DNA from: Acetobacteraceae bacterium
GTDB taxonomy: Bacteria > Pseudomonadota > Alphaproteobacteria > Acetobacterales > Acetobacteraceae
Direction: 5' to 3'
NCBI GenBank assembly: GCA_035696165.1
Contig: DASRQX010000428.1
Coordinates: 1,037 to 65,036 of the forward strand
DNA length: 64,000 nucleotides
Translations under genes and position numbers: made by a program
Notes under the pieces: generated by a model
Databases searched by the model: none
What the model saw: only the letters and a program-made list of their open reading frames with translations
Told to the model about the DNA's origin: nothing
Shown here: one piece after another, positions 35,706-46,727 of the stretch
Numbering within the stretch: position 1 is the first letter of the stretch
Layout of the letters: each line of letters begins with the position of its first letter

Positions 35706-36758
35706 ATGATTCCACGACGCCAGGTTCTGGTCGCGCCCGCCTGTGCCATACTGTTCGAGGCCGGCGACGGGCTCCGACCGGCCGCGGCGGATGCGGCGGA
35801 TGATGCGCAGCTGATCGAAGCCGCCAAGCGCGAAGGCGAGGTAACCTGGTACACCGGCCTGATCGTCACGCAGGTCGTGCTGCCGCTGCAATCGGGGTTC
35901 CAAAAGAAATATGGCATCAAGGTGAATTTCGTGTCCGCCGGCTCGCAGGAGACGGCGACGCGACTGCTTACCGAAGGGCGCGTCGGCACGGTCAAAGCCG
36001 ACGTGTTCGACGGATCGGCGCCGTTCGAGCCGGTGAACGCGGCCGGCCTGATCCAACCCTACAAGCCGCAGGAGGCGGCCGGCTATCCCAACGACTTCAA
36101 GGAACCGTCGGGATTGTGGACGGCGCAGATGGTGCAGATCACCGGTCCGGCCATCAACACCACCATGGTCAGCCCTGCCGATGCACCGAAGAAGTTCGCC
36201 GACCTGCTGAACCCGAAATGGAAGGGCGTGATGGCGTGGTCCAATTTCGAGGAGATCGCCGGGCCGCCAGGCTTCATCGGTAACGTCCTGATGACGATGG
36301 GGCAGGACAAGGGGATGGATTTCCTGAAGAATCTGGCCGGCCAGACGATCGCCAACGTGCCGAGCAATTTCCGCGTCGTGCTGGACCAGTGCATCGCCGG
36401 GCAGTACCCGATGGTGCTGTCCGTGTTCAACTACCATGTGGCAATCAGCCAGGCGAAGGGCGCGCCGGTCGCATGGCTGCCGCTGGAACGTTCGACGCTC
36501 ACCGTTGGCACGATCGCGTTGCTGAAGAATTCGCCACACCCGAATGCCGGCAAGCTGTTCCTGGAATACTGCCTGTCGGAGGAGGGCCAGCAGGTCACCC
36601 GCGATGCCGGTTATATCCCGGCTGATCCCCGTGTGCCGGCCAAGACCGCCACACTGAAGCCGGACGCGGGACATTTCGCAGTCAGCGTGATTTCGCCCGA
36701 TCTGTTTCGCGAGCACAGCAAGGAGTGGATCGGCATCTACCGGACCCTGTTCCAGTGA
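35706..36758 (+). CDS. ABC transporter substrate-binding protein (iron(III)/thiamine/polyamine-type family 1)
   Basis: 350 aa with GGAGGA upstream and a signal peptide. ..EGEVTWYTGLIV..KYGIKVNFVSAGSQE... Confidence 0.8.
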   Translation: MIPRRQVLVAPACAILFEAGDGLRPAAADAADDAQLIEAAKREGEVTWYTGLIVTQVVLPLQSGFQKKYGIKVNFVSAGSQETATRLLTEGRVGTVKADVFDGSAPFEPVNAAGLIQPYKPQEAAGYPNDFKEPSGLWTAQMVQITGPAINTTMVSPADAPKKFADLLNPKWKGVMAWSNFEEIAGPPGFIGNVLMTMGQDKGMDFLKNLAGQTIANVPSNFRVVLDQCIAGQYPMVLSVFNYHVAISQAKGAPVAWLPLERSTLTVGTIALLKNSPHPNAGKLFLEYCLSEEGQQVTRDAGYIPADPRVPAKTATLKPDAGHFAVSVISPDLFREHSKEWIGIYRTLFQ

Positions 36759-36823
36759 CACCGTGCGCATCGGACGCGCGGGTGGTCCGCGCCGGCACGA
36801 CATGACGGGGACGTGCTAGATCG

Positions 36824-38638
36824 ATGGTCGGAACCGCCGAGCCACGTGCGGCGATCGAACCTGTCGGGATGCCCCGCGTCGTAATGCCCGGGGCCGAGCC
36901 GCCACAGCCCGGGACACCGGCTCCACGCATTGCCGCCTCGCGATACTGGCGGCGGTCGGGAACCGCGACGCTTGGCATCGTGGTGACCGTCATTGTGGCC
37001 GCGCTGGTGCTACCACCGGTCTGGACCTTGCTGCACACGAGCTTCGCGCCCGAGGAAACGGGATCATCCGCCGGTGGCGTCACGCTGGGGAATTATGTGC
37101 TGCTTCTGCGCAGCCGCGATCCGATGGGTCTGCTGCTGAACTCCCTGGTTTTCTCGTTCGTTGCAATGGCGGTGTCGCTGGCGGTGGGCGGCGTGCTCGC
37201 CTGGCTGGTTGAGCGCACCGACGCGCCGTTTCGCAGCCTGGCCTACGTCACGGCGATCATCTCGCTCGCCACGCCGTTCATCCTGTATGTGACCGCGTGG
37301 ATCTTCCTGCTCGGGCGCGCCGGTCCGTTGAACGACATCTACCGCCAGTTTACCGGCACGATGGGCTCGCCATTCAACATCAACAGCCTGCCCGGTATGA
37401 TCCTGGTCGAGGCCTTCCTCTGGTCACCACTGGTGTTCCTGCTAATGTCGGCGACGTTCCGCACCGCCAATGCGGAGATGGAGGAGGCGGCGCGCATCTC
37501 CGGTGCGACCGTCTTCGAATCCATCCGCTTCGTCTCGCTCAAGCTGGCGCGGCCGGCGATCCTGGCGCTGGCGATGTTCGTCTTCATCCTGAACCTGGAA
37601 GCGTTCGAGGTTCCGGCACTGATCGGCATCCCCGGTCGCGTGGACGTGCTGACCACGGAAATCTTCCGCAGTGTGAAGGAATTCCCGCCGCGCATCGGCT
37701 ACGCCAGCGCCTTCTCCGTCGTGATGCTGCTGGTAATCTCCGTGCTACTGTATTTCTACGGACGCATCTCCCGCCAGGCGGAACGTTACGCCAGCATCAC
37801 AGGCAAGGGCTATCGCCCCCGCCCGTTGCGGCTGGGCCGTGGGCGCTGGCTGGCCGGCGCCATTATCGTTGTCAATTTCGTCATCGTGCTGCTAGCGCCG
37901 CTGCTGGCGGTGGTGTGGATCGCCATCATGCCGTTCATCCGGCCGATGCGCTGGGACGCCCTGCATACCGCCACGTTCAAGCACTTTCTCGACGTCACGT
38001 CCTCGGCGTACTACCTGTCACTGGTCGGCAACACGCTGATCGTGGCGGCCGGCGTCGCGACGGCGGCGATGATGCTGACGCTGGTGGCGGGTTGGCTGGC
38101 GGCACGGCGGCGGTCCTGCGGCCGGATCATCGATCAGCTCATCGTCGTGCCGCTGATTTTTCCGGGCATCGTGCTGGGCGTGGCGTTGCTGGAGCTTGCC
38201 TTGCGCTCGCCAATTCCCGTCTACGGCACGTTGTGGCTGATCGGCCTGGCGTTCCTGATCCACTACATGCCGTTCGGCATGCGCTACACCTATGCCGGCG
38301 TGCTACAGATCCATCCGGAACTGGAACAGGCGGCGCATGTGGCAGGGGCCAGCATACGGCAGAACATCATCAGGATCGTGCTGCCCCTGCTGATGCCGGC
38401 GCTGTCCTCGGCCTGGCTCTTCATCTTCCTGCTGGCGTCGAAGGAAATGTCGCTGCCCCTGCTCCTCGCCGGCGCCTCGTCGCAGACGATCGCGGTGGCG
38501 ATGTTCAACTTGTGGGCCAACGGGCAGGGCAGCGACGTGGCTGTTCTTGGCCTGCTGTGGACGGCGCTGATGACCGGCTTCGCCACGATCTTCTACATCC
38601 TCAGCCGCCGACATTCGTCGGCCGCCTTCGGGAACTAG
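36824..38638 (+). CDS. ABC transporter permease, duplicated (two-module) FbpB/ThiP-type
   Basis: 604 aa with two EAA-type loops (MEEAARISGATVFESIRFVSLKLARPA and LEQAAHVAGASIRQNIIRIVLPLLMPA). The start is uncertain; ATG 36869 is an alternative. Confidence 0.8.
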   Translation: MVGTAEPRAAIEPVGMPRVVMPGAEPPQPGTPAPRIAASRYWRRSGTATLGIVVTVIVAALVLPPVWTLLHTSFAPEETGSSAGGVTLGNYVLLLRSRDPMGLLLNSLVFSFVAMAVSLAVGGVLAWLVERTDAPFRSLAYVTAIISLATPFILYVTAWIFLLGRAGPLNDIYRQFTGTMGSPFNINSLPGMILVEAFLWSPLVFLLMSATFRTANAEMEEAARISGATVFESIRFVSLKLARPAILALAMFVFILNLEAFEVPALIGIPGRVDVLTTEIFRSVKEFPPRIGYASAFSVVMLLVISVLLYFYGRISRQAERYASITGKGYRPRPLRLGRGRWLAGAIIVVNFVIVLLAPLLAVVWIAIMPFIRPMRWDALHTATFKHFLDVTSSAYYLSLVGNTLIVAAGVATAAMMLTLVAGWLAARRRSCGRIIDQLIVVPLIFPGIVLGVALLELALRSPIPVYGTLWLIGLAFLIHYMPFGMRYTYAGVLQIHPELEQAAHVAGASIRQNIIRIVLPLLMPALSSAWLFIFLLASKEMSLPLLLAGASSQTIAVAMFNLWANGQGSDVAVLGLLWTALMTGFATIFYILSRRHSSAAFGN

Positions 38639-38641
38639 CCC

Positions 38642-39766
38642 ATGCCCGGTGCGGACATCATGCTGGAGGTGCGGAATCTGCGGAAGATCTATCCCAACAC
38701 CAGTGCGGGTCTGTCGGGTGGCTTACAGCAGGCCGATTTTGCCCTGGAGAAGGGCGCTTTCTTCACACTGCTCGGGCCAAGTGGCTGCGGCAAGACGACT
38801 ACCTTGCGCTGCATCGCCGGCCTAGAACGGCCCGACCACGGAACCATCCGGGTCGGCGACGACGTAATGTTCGACGGCGAATCGCACACCGAGGTGCAGG
38901 TGAACCTGCGGCAGTTCGGCATGGTGTTCCAGTCCTACGCCATTTGGCCGCACATGACGGTGTTCGAAAACGTGGCGTTCCCCCTGCGCGTGGCGAAGGA
39001 CCGCAGGTTCGTCGCGGCCGAGATCACCAGCATGGTGGAGCGGGCGCTCGACACGGTCAGCCTGGCGGGCTTCGGCAAGCGGTCAGCGACGCGGCTGTCC
39101 GGCGGCCAGCAGCAGCGTGTCGCGCTCGCCCGCGCGATTGTTCGACAGCCGCGGCTGCTGCTGCTCGACGAGCCGCTGAGCAATCTGGATGCCAAGCTGC
39201 GCGAGGAGATGCGCAACGAATTGCGGCGGTTGCAACAACAGATCGGCGTGACGACCGTCTATGTCACGCACGATCAGACCGAGGCGCTGGAACTCTCTGA
39301 CCGCATCGCCGTGATGCGGGACGGCCGGATCGTCCAGATCGGTTCGCCACGCGATATTTACTTCAGTCCGTGCAACGCCTTCGTCGCGCAGTTCGTGGGC
39401 TCGACCAATTGGCTGTATGGCACCCTGCTGGAGGTCATGCCGGGTGGATTGGCAAAGGTCGGGTTGCGCGACGGCGGCGAGATCGTCTGTCTGACGCAGC
39501 AGACGGAGACAGCACGGCAGGACATCAGGATTTCGGTGCGGCCGGAAGCGGTCAGTCTGGCGGCGCCGCACTGCCAGCCGCCGCCGAAAACGAACCGGCT
39601 TCATGGCAAGGTCGTGTTGGCGGGGTTCATGGGCAACATCACGCGTTTCCAGATCGATGTCGGTGGCACGCTGGTCCAGGTTTATGGCGACCCAACCGCG
39701 GCCTACGCGGTAGGTGACGAAGTCGCAGTGGATTTTCTGTTCAGCAGCGCCCGGGCATTCGATTGA
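38642..39766 (+). CDS. ABC transporter ATP-binding protein (PotA/FbpC type with C-terminal TOBE-like domain)
   Basis: 374 aa. Walker A GPSGCGKTT, signature LSGGQQQRVALARA, Walker B LLLLDEPLS. Confidence 0.9.
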   Translation: MPGADIMLEVRNLRKIYPNTSAGLSGGLQQADFALEKGAFFTLLGPSGCGKTTTLRCIAGLERPDHGTIRVGDDVMFDGESHTEVQVNLRQFGMVFQSYAIWPHMTVFENVAFPLRVAKDRRFVAAEITSMVERALDTVSLAGFGKRSATRLSGGQQQRVALARAIVRQPRLLLLDEPLSNLDAKLREEMRNELRRLQQQIGVTTVYVTHDQTEALELSDRIAVMRDGRIVQIGSPRDIYFSPCNAFVAQFVGSTNWLYGTLLEVMPGGLAKVGLRDGGEIVCLTQQTETARQDIRISVRPEAVSLAAPHCQPPPKTNRLHGKVVLAGFMGNITRFQIDVGGTLVQVYGDPTAAYAVGDEVAVDFLFSSARAFD

Positions 39767-39905
39767 GCGGATGTTTGACCCGGGCGCCGCTTACCCACCC
39801 ATCATCGCGCAGCTAAAGCCACGACGTTCCCACGAGCACAACAATGCTCTTCGTCATTATCGCGCAACGACGTAGCGCGTCCCGACCGGCGCCTCTGTAT
39901 GGCAT

Positions 39906-41531
39906 CTACGCCTGCTGCACGCCATACATATCAAGCTGCCAACCGGCGGCGGTCAGCGGAAACGTCTTGATCGATCTCCGCACGCCGATCTGGTAGATCG
40001 GCTGGAACAAGACGAACAAATTCGCCTGATCGACGATGATCTTCTGATATTGCACCCACAGCTCGATCTGCTTGTGCTTGTCCGGCTCGGCCGCGGCGCG
40101 ATGCACCAGTTTCACCACGTCGTCCGGTGGCACCCAGTGCACCCGCCGCGCCACACGCTCCACGGTGGCGGCCGCCCATAGCTCGCTTTCGATTGCCGGG
40201 GGATTCCAGAATGTCAGCGCCGATGTCGCCTTGAACGTCGCGTATTGGGTGCGGAACGTCACCATGTCCATTGGAGCAAGCTTGGCCATGATCCCGACTC
40301 GCGCCAGGTCCGCCTGGAGCTTCTGCGCCAGCACCTGGAATGATGTGCCGGTAACCGCGCCGTTGCCGTATTGGAACTCGAATTCGAAGCCGTTCGGCAG
40401 CCCCGCTTCCGCCAATAGCTTCTTTGATTTGTCAAGGTCTTCGCGATAGCCGATCTCGCGCGTCAGTTCCTCGGTCGAACCGTTCGTGCCAATGGGAAGG
40501 AAGGTCACCGGACGCACCGCCTTACCCGCGAGAAGGGAGTTCTTGATGCCGTCATAGTCAATGGCGTAGCCGACCGCCTGGCGTGCCGCGTTGATGCTGA
40601 GGGCCTTGTTGTAAGCCGGCTCCGACGTCAGGGCCAGGTAGACGAAATCCGTGCTGGTCAGCGTGTCGACCCAGACGTCCTTGCTGTCCTTCAGGATGGC
40701 GACCTGTTCGGGAATCAGGTTGAACGCCGCGTCTATGTCGCCGCGCTGCAATGACAGAAGCTGCACGGCGCTGTCGGGGATATGGCGCAGCACCACTCGA
40801 TCGAACGGCGGCTTGCCGCGCCAATAGTGCGGATTCGCCACCAGTTGGATCTGCGTGCTCTGCTCCCAGCGCACCAGGCGGTACGGGCCCGTGCCGACGG
40901 AATTCTGATTGAGCCAGGTGATCGCCTTGTCCTTGGTCTTGGCATCCGAGCTCGCGTCGGACCCATGCTCCTCCAGAACTTTCTTCTCGCAAACCACGAA
41001 GCTCGGTGCCGCCAGGATGGTAAGAATCGGCTCTTCGGGGTGCTTTAGGATTACGTCGATCGTGCGGTCGTCCACCTTGTCGATGCGCGCCACGTTAGAC
41101 AGGTATTGCGTGGGCTGATCGCCCATATACAGCTCGCGATTGAGCGAGTACGTCGCGTCATCGGCGGTCATGACGTTGCCGCTGGGGAATTTCACGCCCT
41201 CGCGCAGCGTGAAACGCCACCCCGTGCCGTCCGTCGTGCGCTGAAACGCTGTCGCCAGTTGTGGTTTGACGTTGACATAGTCGTCCGGCGTCATGGTGAT
41301 CAGGCATTCGTAGCAGGCCGCCACGATCAGCGGCGCCATGTAGTTCGATTCATGGGCCGGATCGAGCGTGACCGTGTCGGCGAAATCGATCGCCAGGACC
41401 AGCGTGCCCTTGTGGCTTTGTGCGAAGGCCTGCGGTCCGGCAAGTTGCGAGGCAAGGAATCCTGCGCTGCCCACGCCGAGCATGCGAAGAATCTCGCGAC
41501 GATCGACCATACAGCCGACTGGCTTGGACAT
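39906..41531 (-). CDS. ABC transporter substrate-binding protein, family 5 (peptide/nickel/opine type)
   Basis: 541 aa with the Tat-like signal DRREILRMLGVGSAGFLA and a family-5 body. It is divergent from the permease genes. Confidence 0.85.
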   Translation of the reverse strand: MSKPVGCMVDRREILRMLGVGSAGFLASQLAGPQAFAQSHKGTLVLAIDFADTVTLDPAHESNYMAPLIVAACYECLITMTPDDYVNVKPQLATAFQRTTDGTGWRFTLREGVKFPSGNVMTADDATYSLNRELYMGDQPTQYLSNVARIDKVDDRTIDVILKHPEEPILTILAAPSFVVCEKKVLEEHGSDASSDAKTKDKAITWLNQNSVGTGPYRLVRWEQSTQIQLVANPHYWRGKPPFDRVVLRHIPDSAVQLLSLQRGDIDAAFNLIPEQVAILKDSKDVWVDTLTSTDFVYLALTSEPAYNKALSINAARQAVGYAIDYDGIKNSLLAGKAVRPVTFLPIGTNGSTEELTREIGYREDLDKSKKLLAEAGLPNGFEFEFQYGNGAVTGTSFQVLAQKLQADLARVGIMAKLAPMDMVTFRTQYATFKATSALTFWNPPAIESELWAAATVERVARRVHWVPPDDVVKLVHRAAAEPDKHKQIELWVQYQKIIVDQANLFVLFQPIYQIGVRRSIKTFPLTAAGWQLDMYGVQQA

Positions 41532-41707
41532 TCTTCGACTCCCCCCTTGTGTTGTTGTGGCGACTGTAGATGGTGGCGGAGGCGCGGTAAAACCCCGCTT
41601 GTCCGGGCTGTTTGACAGCCTAAACCCGATGGTCGAGGTTGCGGTGGCGGTTGCATTGGCCGCCCAAGGCGGTGTGCCGCAATAAATCCGGGGAGGAGGG
41701 AGCGTCG

Positions 41708-42718
41708 ATGCTGCGCTTTCTGATTGCGCGCGTCAGCGTCATGCTGGTGTTGGCCCTGCTTGCGACACTCGTCGTGTTCCTGATCACGAATACGGTTCCG
41801 GGCGATCCGGTCCTGGCGCAGCTCGGCGATCAGGCCGCCTCCGATCCGGTTTTCGTCGCCGAGTGGCGCCACCAATATGGGCTCGATCGTCCGTTGTGGA
41901 ACCGTTATGTCATATTCCTGAACGATCTGCGGCAAGGCGATCTTGGCCGGTCGATTCGCTCGCACCGACCGGTGCTGGACGATGTGGAGGAATACGCACC
42001 AGCCACGCTGGAACTTGCCACCATCAGCTTCGTCCTCACGCTGGTCGTCGGCATTCCGCTCGGCATCCTTGCCGCGGTAAAACGGGATTCCTGGGTGGAC
42101 CACCTGGCGCGCGGCATCTCGCTGCTGGGCGTCTCCTCGCCGACGTTCTGGCTGGCGTTCATCCTGCTCGCGGTGTTCTACGGCTATCTTCAGATCGCGC
42201 CAGGGCCGGGGCGGCTCGATCCGATCGCCCTGCCGCCGCCAACGGTCACCGGCGCATATCTCATCGATTCGGTTTTGGCCGGTGACTGGGAGAGTTTCCA
42301 CGACGCCGCCGCGCACATGGTGCTGCCATCGATCGTGCTCGCGGCCGCAACGATCGGGCTGATCACGCGCACGACGCGGGCCAGCGTGCTGGAAAGCATC
42401 GGGCAGGACTACGTCCGCATGGGTCGCGCCAAGGGATTACGGGAGAGCCTCGTGATCCTGCGGCACGTCCTGCCCAATGCGCTGGTACCGGTGGTCACGC
42501 TGGGCGGGCTGGCCTACGCGAATCTGCTCAGCGGCGCGGTGTTGACCGAAACCGTGTTCTCCTGGCCGGGGCTCGGTCGTTACACGTTCCTGAGTGCGGC
42601 GGCGCTCGATTTTCCCGCGATCATGGCGATCACCCTGCTGGTGGCGGTCACCTATCTGGTGATCAACCTGCTGACCGACATCAGCTATGCGATACTCGAT
42701 CCTCGGGTGCGGCAATGA
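41708..42718 (+). CDS. ABC transporter permease (DppB/OppB type)
   Basis: 336 aa from ATG 41708 (MLRFLIARVSVMLVLALLATLVVFLITNTVPGDPV..), the typical DppB N-terminus. Confidence 0.85.
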   Translation: MLRFLIARVSVMLVLALLATLVVFLITNTVPGDPVLAQLGDQAASDPVFVAEWRHQYGLDRPLWNRYVIFLNDLRQGDLGRSIRSHRPVLDDVEEYAPATLELATISFVLTLVVGIPLGILAAVKRDSWVDHLARGISLLGVSSPTFWLAFILLAVFYGYLQIAPGPGRLDPIALPPPTVTGAYLIDSVLAGDWESFHDAAAHMVLPSIVLAAATIGLITRTTRASVLESIGQDYVRMGRAKGLRESLVILRHVLPNALVPVVTLGGLAYANLLSGAVLTETVFSWPGLGRYTFLSAAALDFPAIMAITLLVAVTYLVINLLTDISYAILDPRVRQ

Positions 42719-43581
42719 GCGCCGCCGGCATGGCGACGTTGCCGCTTCCGGCATCGCGTTGGCGGCGCTGGCGGCACCAATACGCGCTGGCAGCGCTGGG
42801 TGGGGCGATCGTGCTCGGCTGGATGATTGTTGCTATTGCCGCGCAGGTCTTGGCGCCCTATGCGCCGAGCGCCGTCGACCTGACCACGCGCCTGTTGCCG
42901 CCGGGCGGCCTGCATCTGCTGGGAACCGACGAGCTTGGCCGCGACGTTCTTTCGCGCATGATTTTCGGTGCGCGGATCTCGCTGGTGACCGGAGTTGTGG
43001 TGGTGACCGTCGGCGCGGCGATCGGCACGATATTGGGCGGCATTGCTGCCTATGCCGGCGGGTTGATCGAAGAGGCGATCATGCGCCTCACCGATCTGGT
43101 GCTGTGCTTCCCCCCGATCATCCTTGCCTTGGCGATCGGCGCCGCACTCGGCATCGGCACCACCAACACGATCATCGCCATGCTGGTGGTGTGGTGGCCG
43201 AAATTCGCGCGTCTGGCACGCAGCCTGGTGCTGCAGCAGCGTTCACTGGAATACGTGGACGCAGCGCTTGTCGCCGGCTATGGGCCGGCGCGTATTCTAG
43301 TGCGCCATATCATTCCGAATTCGATTGGCCCGCTGGTCGTGCTGGTGACGCTTGATGTCGGCAACGCCATTATCATCTTCGCTGGCTTGTCCTTCCTTGG
43401 CCTTGGCGTGGTGCCGCCGACCGCCGAATGGGGCTCGATGATCTCGGAGGGCCGGGAACTGGTCGCCCAATGGTGGGTCGCAAGTTTCCCCGGCGTTGCC
43501 ATCCTGTCCATCGTGCTGGGATTCAATTTTTTGGGTGACGGCGTACGCGACTGGCTCGACCCGCGGTCGCGGCGCTATTGA
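42715..43581 (+). CDS. ABC transporter permease (DppC/OppC type)
   Basis: 288 aa. ..HLLGTDELGRDVLSRMIFGARISL.. is the typical DppC motif. ATGA overlap with the upstream gene. Confidence 0.85.
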   Translation: MSAAGMATLPLPASRWRRWRHQYALAALGGAIVLGWMIVAIAAQVLAPYAPSAVDLTTRLLPPGGLHLLGTDELGRDVLSRMIFGARISLVTGVVVVTVGAAIGTILGGIAAYAGGLIEEAIMRLTDLVLCFPPIILALAIGAALGIGTTNTIIAMLVVWWPKFARLARSLVLQQRSLEYVDAALVAGYGPARILVRHIIPNSIGPLVVLVTLDVGNAIIIFAGLSFLGLGVVPPTAEWGSMISEGRELVAQWWVASFPGVAILSIVLGFNFLGDGVRDWLDPRSRRY

Positions 43582-43582
43582 G

Positions 43583-45622
43583 ATGAATGCCGATATCGGA
43601 TCGGTCACGCCGGACGAGCGGCAGGTCGTGTTGGAGGTCGAGGACCTTCGTACCTGGTTCTTCACCGACCAGGGCATCGCGCGCGCCGTCGACGGCGTTA
43701 GCTTTTCGGTCCATGCGGGCGAAACGGTCGGCATCGTCGGGGAATCCGGCTGCGGCAAGAGCGTCACCGCGCTGTCGGTCATGCGCCTGCTGGAAGCGCC
43801 CGCGCGCATCGTCAGCGGCACGATCCGGTTCCGTGGCCGCGACGTGTGCGCGATGCGGAGAGCGGACCTGCGCGCCATGCGCGGCGGCGATGTCGCCATG
43901 GTGTTTCAGGATCCGATGACCTCGCTTAACCCGGTGCTGCGGATCGCGCGGCAACTAAGCGAAGCGATGACGATCCACGGCGTGTCCGGATTGGAGGCGG
44001 CCCGGCGCGGCGTCGCCCTGCTAGGTAGCATGGGTATCGCCGCGCCGGAACGTGCAATGACCAGTTATCCGCACCAGTTCTCCGGTGGCATGCGGCAGCG
44101 TGTCGTTCTCGCAATGGGCATGAGCAACGAGCCGGCGCTGCTGCTGGCGGACGAACCGACGACGGCGCTGGATGTTACGATCCAGGCGCAGATCCTCGAC
44201 CTGCTGCGTGACCTGAACCGTGACTTCGGAACCGCGATCGTGCTGATCAGCCACGATCTCGGGGTGATCGCGACGATCTGCGCGCGCGTCATCGTGATGT
44301 ACGCTGGCGAAGTGGTCGAACAGGGGCCCACTGTCGAGGTTCTCGCCAATCCGCGGCACCCCTACACCTGGGCGTTGCTCAACGCGCGACCGGGTCTTGA
44401 CACGGATCGAGGCGACCGTCGGCTGATCACGGTCGAGGGCATGCCGCCAGATCCGCTGAGCCAACCGTCCGGTTGCCGCTTTGCACCGCGATGCCCCTTC
44501 CGACAACCCGTGTGCGACGAACATCCCCCTCTGCTCGATACCGGGCCGGACCGGCTTGCGCGGTGCTGGCTTGCGCGAGAGAGCGACCGGCCGCTCCTGC
44601 ATCCGCCACGGGCGTCGCGCCAGACTGCGCCAGAGGCCGTTCCGGCTGCGACGGCAATCATGGAAGTGACAGGCCTGGTCAAGTACTTTCGTTTGCGCCG
44701 CGGCTTACTGGCCAGGCCACACGTGGTCCGTGCCGTGGACGGCGTTGACCTGACCATCGAACGTGGCGAAGTCATGGGGGTGGTGGGCGAATCTGGCTGC
44801 GGCAAATCCACCTTCGCACGTACCCTGCTGCGGCTCTATAAACCGGATGCTGGTAGTATCCGGTTCGACGGGCAGGAGATTGCCGCCGCCTCTGCCGCCG
44901 CGATCCGGCCACTGCGTCGCCGGCTGCAGATGGTGTTCCAGAACCCCTATGCCAGCCTTAATCCCCGCATGACGGTCGATGCGATCCTGGCTGAGCCGCT
45001 GCGCTATCATGGTTTGACGAACAGCGCTGACGACACACGCCGGCGAGTCGATGAACTGCTCGGTTTGGTGGGGCTGGGGTCAAGCGCACGCGGGCGCTAT
45101 CCGCACGAATTCTCCGGTGGTCAGCGCCAGCGCATCTCGATCGCGCGCGCCCTGGCCGTGCAACCCGACTTCATTGTTGCCGATGAGCCGATTTCTGCGC
45201 TGGACGTCAATATCCAGGCGCAGATCGTCAATCTCATGATCGACCTGCGCGAACGCCTCGGGCTGACCTACCTGTTCATCGCGCACGATCTTGCCGTGGT
45301 GCGCCATATCTGCGATCGCATCATGGTCTTGCATCTGGGCCAGGTGGCGGAGATCGCACCGGCGGACGATCTGTTCACCACTCCGCTGCATCCTTACACG
45401 CGCTATCTGATCTCCGCGCAGCCATCGCTGCACGGGATCGGGAGTGGTACGAACCGGCAGAAGCTGTCGGGTGAGCCTGCGAATGCGATCGATCCGCCAT
45501 CCGGTTGCCGGTTCCACACGCGCTGTCCGATTGCACGCAAGATTTGTGCGGAATCAGCCCCGTCGCCACGTATGTTGCGGCTACGGCATGAGGTCGCGTG
45601 TCATTTTGCAGGCGAGTTCTAA
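43583..45622 (+). CDS. Fused double ABC ATPase (DppD-DppF type)
   Basis: 679 aa from ATG 43583 with two Walker A motifs (GESGCGKS twice), two signatures ([18 protein letters not shown]) and two oligopeptide-type C-terminal Cys motifs (PSGCRF twice). Confidence 0.85.
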   Translation: MNADIGSVTPDERQVVLEVEDLRTWFFTDQGIARAVDGVSFSVHAGETVGIVGESGCGKSVTALSVMRLLEAPARIVSGTIRFRGRDVCAMRRADLRAMRGGDVAMVFQDPMTSLNPVLRIARQLSEAMTIHGVSGLEAARRGVALLGSMGIAAPERAMTSYPHQFSGGMRQRVVLAMGMSNEPALLLADEPTTALDVTIQAQILDLLRDLNRDFGTAIVLISHDLGVIATICARVIVMYAGEVVEQGPTVEVLANPRHPYTWALLNARPGLDTDRGDRRLITVEGMPPDPLSQPSGCRFAPRCPFRQPVCDEHPPLLDTGPDRLARCWLARESDRPLLHPPRASRQTAPEAVPAATAIMEVTGLVKYFRLRRGLLARPHVVRAVDGVDLTIERGEVMGVVGESGCGKSTFARTLLRLYKPDAGSIRFDGQEIAAASAAAIRPLRRRLQMVFQNPYASLNPRMTVDAILAEPLRYHGLTNSADDTRRRVDELLGLVGLGSSARGRYPHEFSGGQRQRISIARALAVQPDFIVADEPISALDVNIQAQIVNLMIDLRERLGLTYLFIAHDLAVVRHICDRIMVLHLGQVAEIAPADDLFTTPLHPYTRYLISAQPSLHGIGSGTNRQKLSGEPANAIDPPSGCRFHTRCPIARKICAESAPSPRMLRLRHEVACHFAGEF

Positions 45623-45743
45623 TGAGTGGGCGCGGCCCGTCGGTGTCTGGATCAGGTAGGCTACGTGCTTGGGTTGACGGCTGTCGCTGGTGGGTTCCAA
45701 ACTTTGCCTTGAAATACGTAGAAGACTATGAGGGAGCCGGAAC

Positions 45744-46625
45744 ATGACCGCTTTGGTTCACGTGATACGTCCAGGGTTCGTCGCCGAGATCGCGAACATT
45801 GATTTGTGCGAACCGGTGTCGGCGTCCGACGTCGTGGTCATCCAGGATGCTGCCGACAATCATCCAGTGCTGGTGTTCCACGGTCCGGTGCTCACCAACG
45901 AACAGCAGATCGCTTTCAGCCGCAATTTCGGCACGCTAGCGCACGCGACCGAATATCAAAAGGATCCAATGAAGCGCCGGTTGGGCGGCGAGATGACGGA
46001 TGCGTCGAATCTCGGCGAGGACAGCCAGGTTCTGGGTGTGGGGGATCGGCGCCGGATCAACAATCTGGGTAGCCGGCGCTGGCACACCGATGGATCCTAC
46101 AAGCGCCTGTCAGGGAAGTATTCGTTGCTGTCCTGCCACTCGGTGGTCGCCGACGGCGGACAGACGCAGTTGGCGGACATGCGGGCAGGCTACGACACAC
46201 TGCCGGCGAAAATGAAACAACTCGTCGAAGGACTGGTGGTGGAGCACAGCATTTTCCACTCGCGCGCGGTGGTGGGCTTCACGGGGTTCTCGGCAGAAGA
46301 GCAGGCGAGCCTACCGTCGGCCCAGCATCCGCTGGTGCGCGTGCATCCCGCGTCCGGTCGCAAGTCGCTGTATCTGTCGTCGCATGCGTCGCATGTTGTC
46401 GGCTGGCCGGTGCCGGAAGGCATCGACCTGCTGCTGGAACTGACGGAATGGGCGACACAGCCTGAAGCGGTGTATACCCATCACTGGCAACTGGGCGACA
46501 TGGTGATGTGGGATAATCGTTTCACCATGCATCGCGCTCGTCGCCACTACCCCGAGACAGCCGTGCGCGACATGCGCCGCACGACGATTGAGGAAGCCGT
46601 TCCGCCGCTCGAGCAGGCGGCTTAA
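45744..46625 (+). CDS. TauD/TfdA-family Fe(II)/2-oxoglutarate-dependent dioxygenase
   Basis: 293 aa. ..RRWHTDGSY.. supplies the HxD iron ligands, and a distal His lies in ..VMWDNRFTMHRA... Confidence 0.8.
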   Translation: MTALVHVIRPGFVAEIANIDLCEPVSASDVVVIQDAADNHPVLVFHGPVLTNEQQIAFSRNFGTLAHATEYQKDPMKRRLGGEMTDASNLGEDSQVLGVGDRRRINNLGSRRWHTDGSYKRLSGKYSLLSCHSVVADGGQTQLADMRAGYDTLPAKMKQLVEGLVVEHSIFHSRAVVGFTGFSAEEQASLPSAQHPLVRVHPASGRKSLYLSSHASHVVGWPVPEGIDLLLELTEWATQPEAVYTHHWQLGDMVMWDNRFTMHRARRHYPETAVRDMRRTTIEEAVPPLEQAA

Positions 46626-46727
46626 GGATTTTAGCTTCGAACCACCGTCGTCCGTCTACTCAGGGGGCCGGCGGCGACACGAATGATGCGTGTCCGGTGC
46701 GACCTGGTGCGGGCTGGCAGCGATCCT

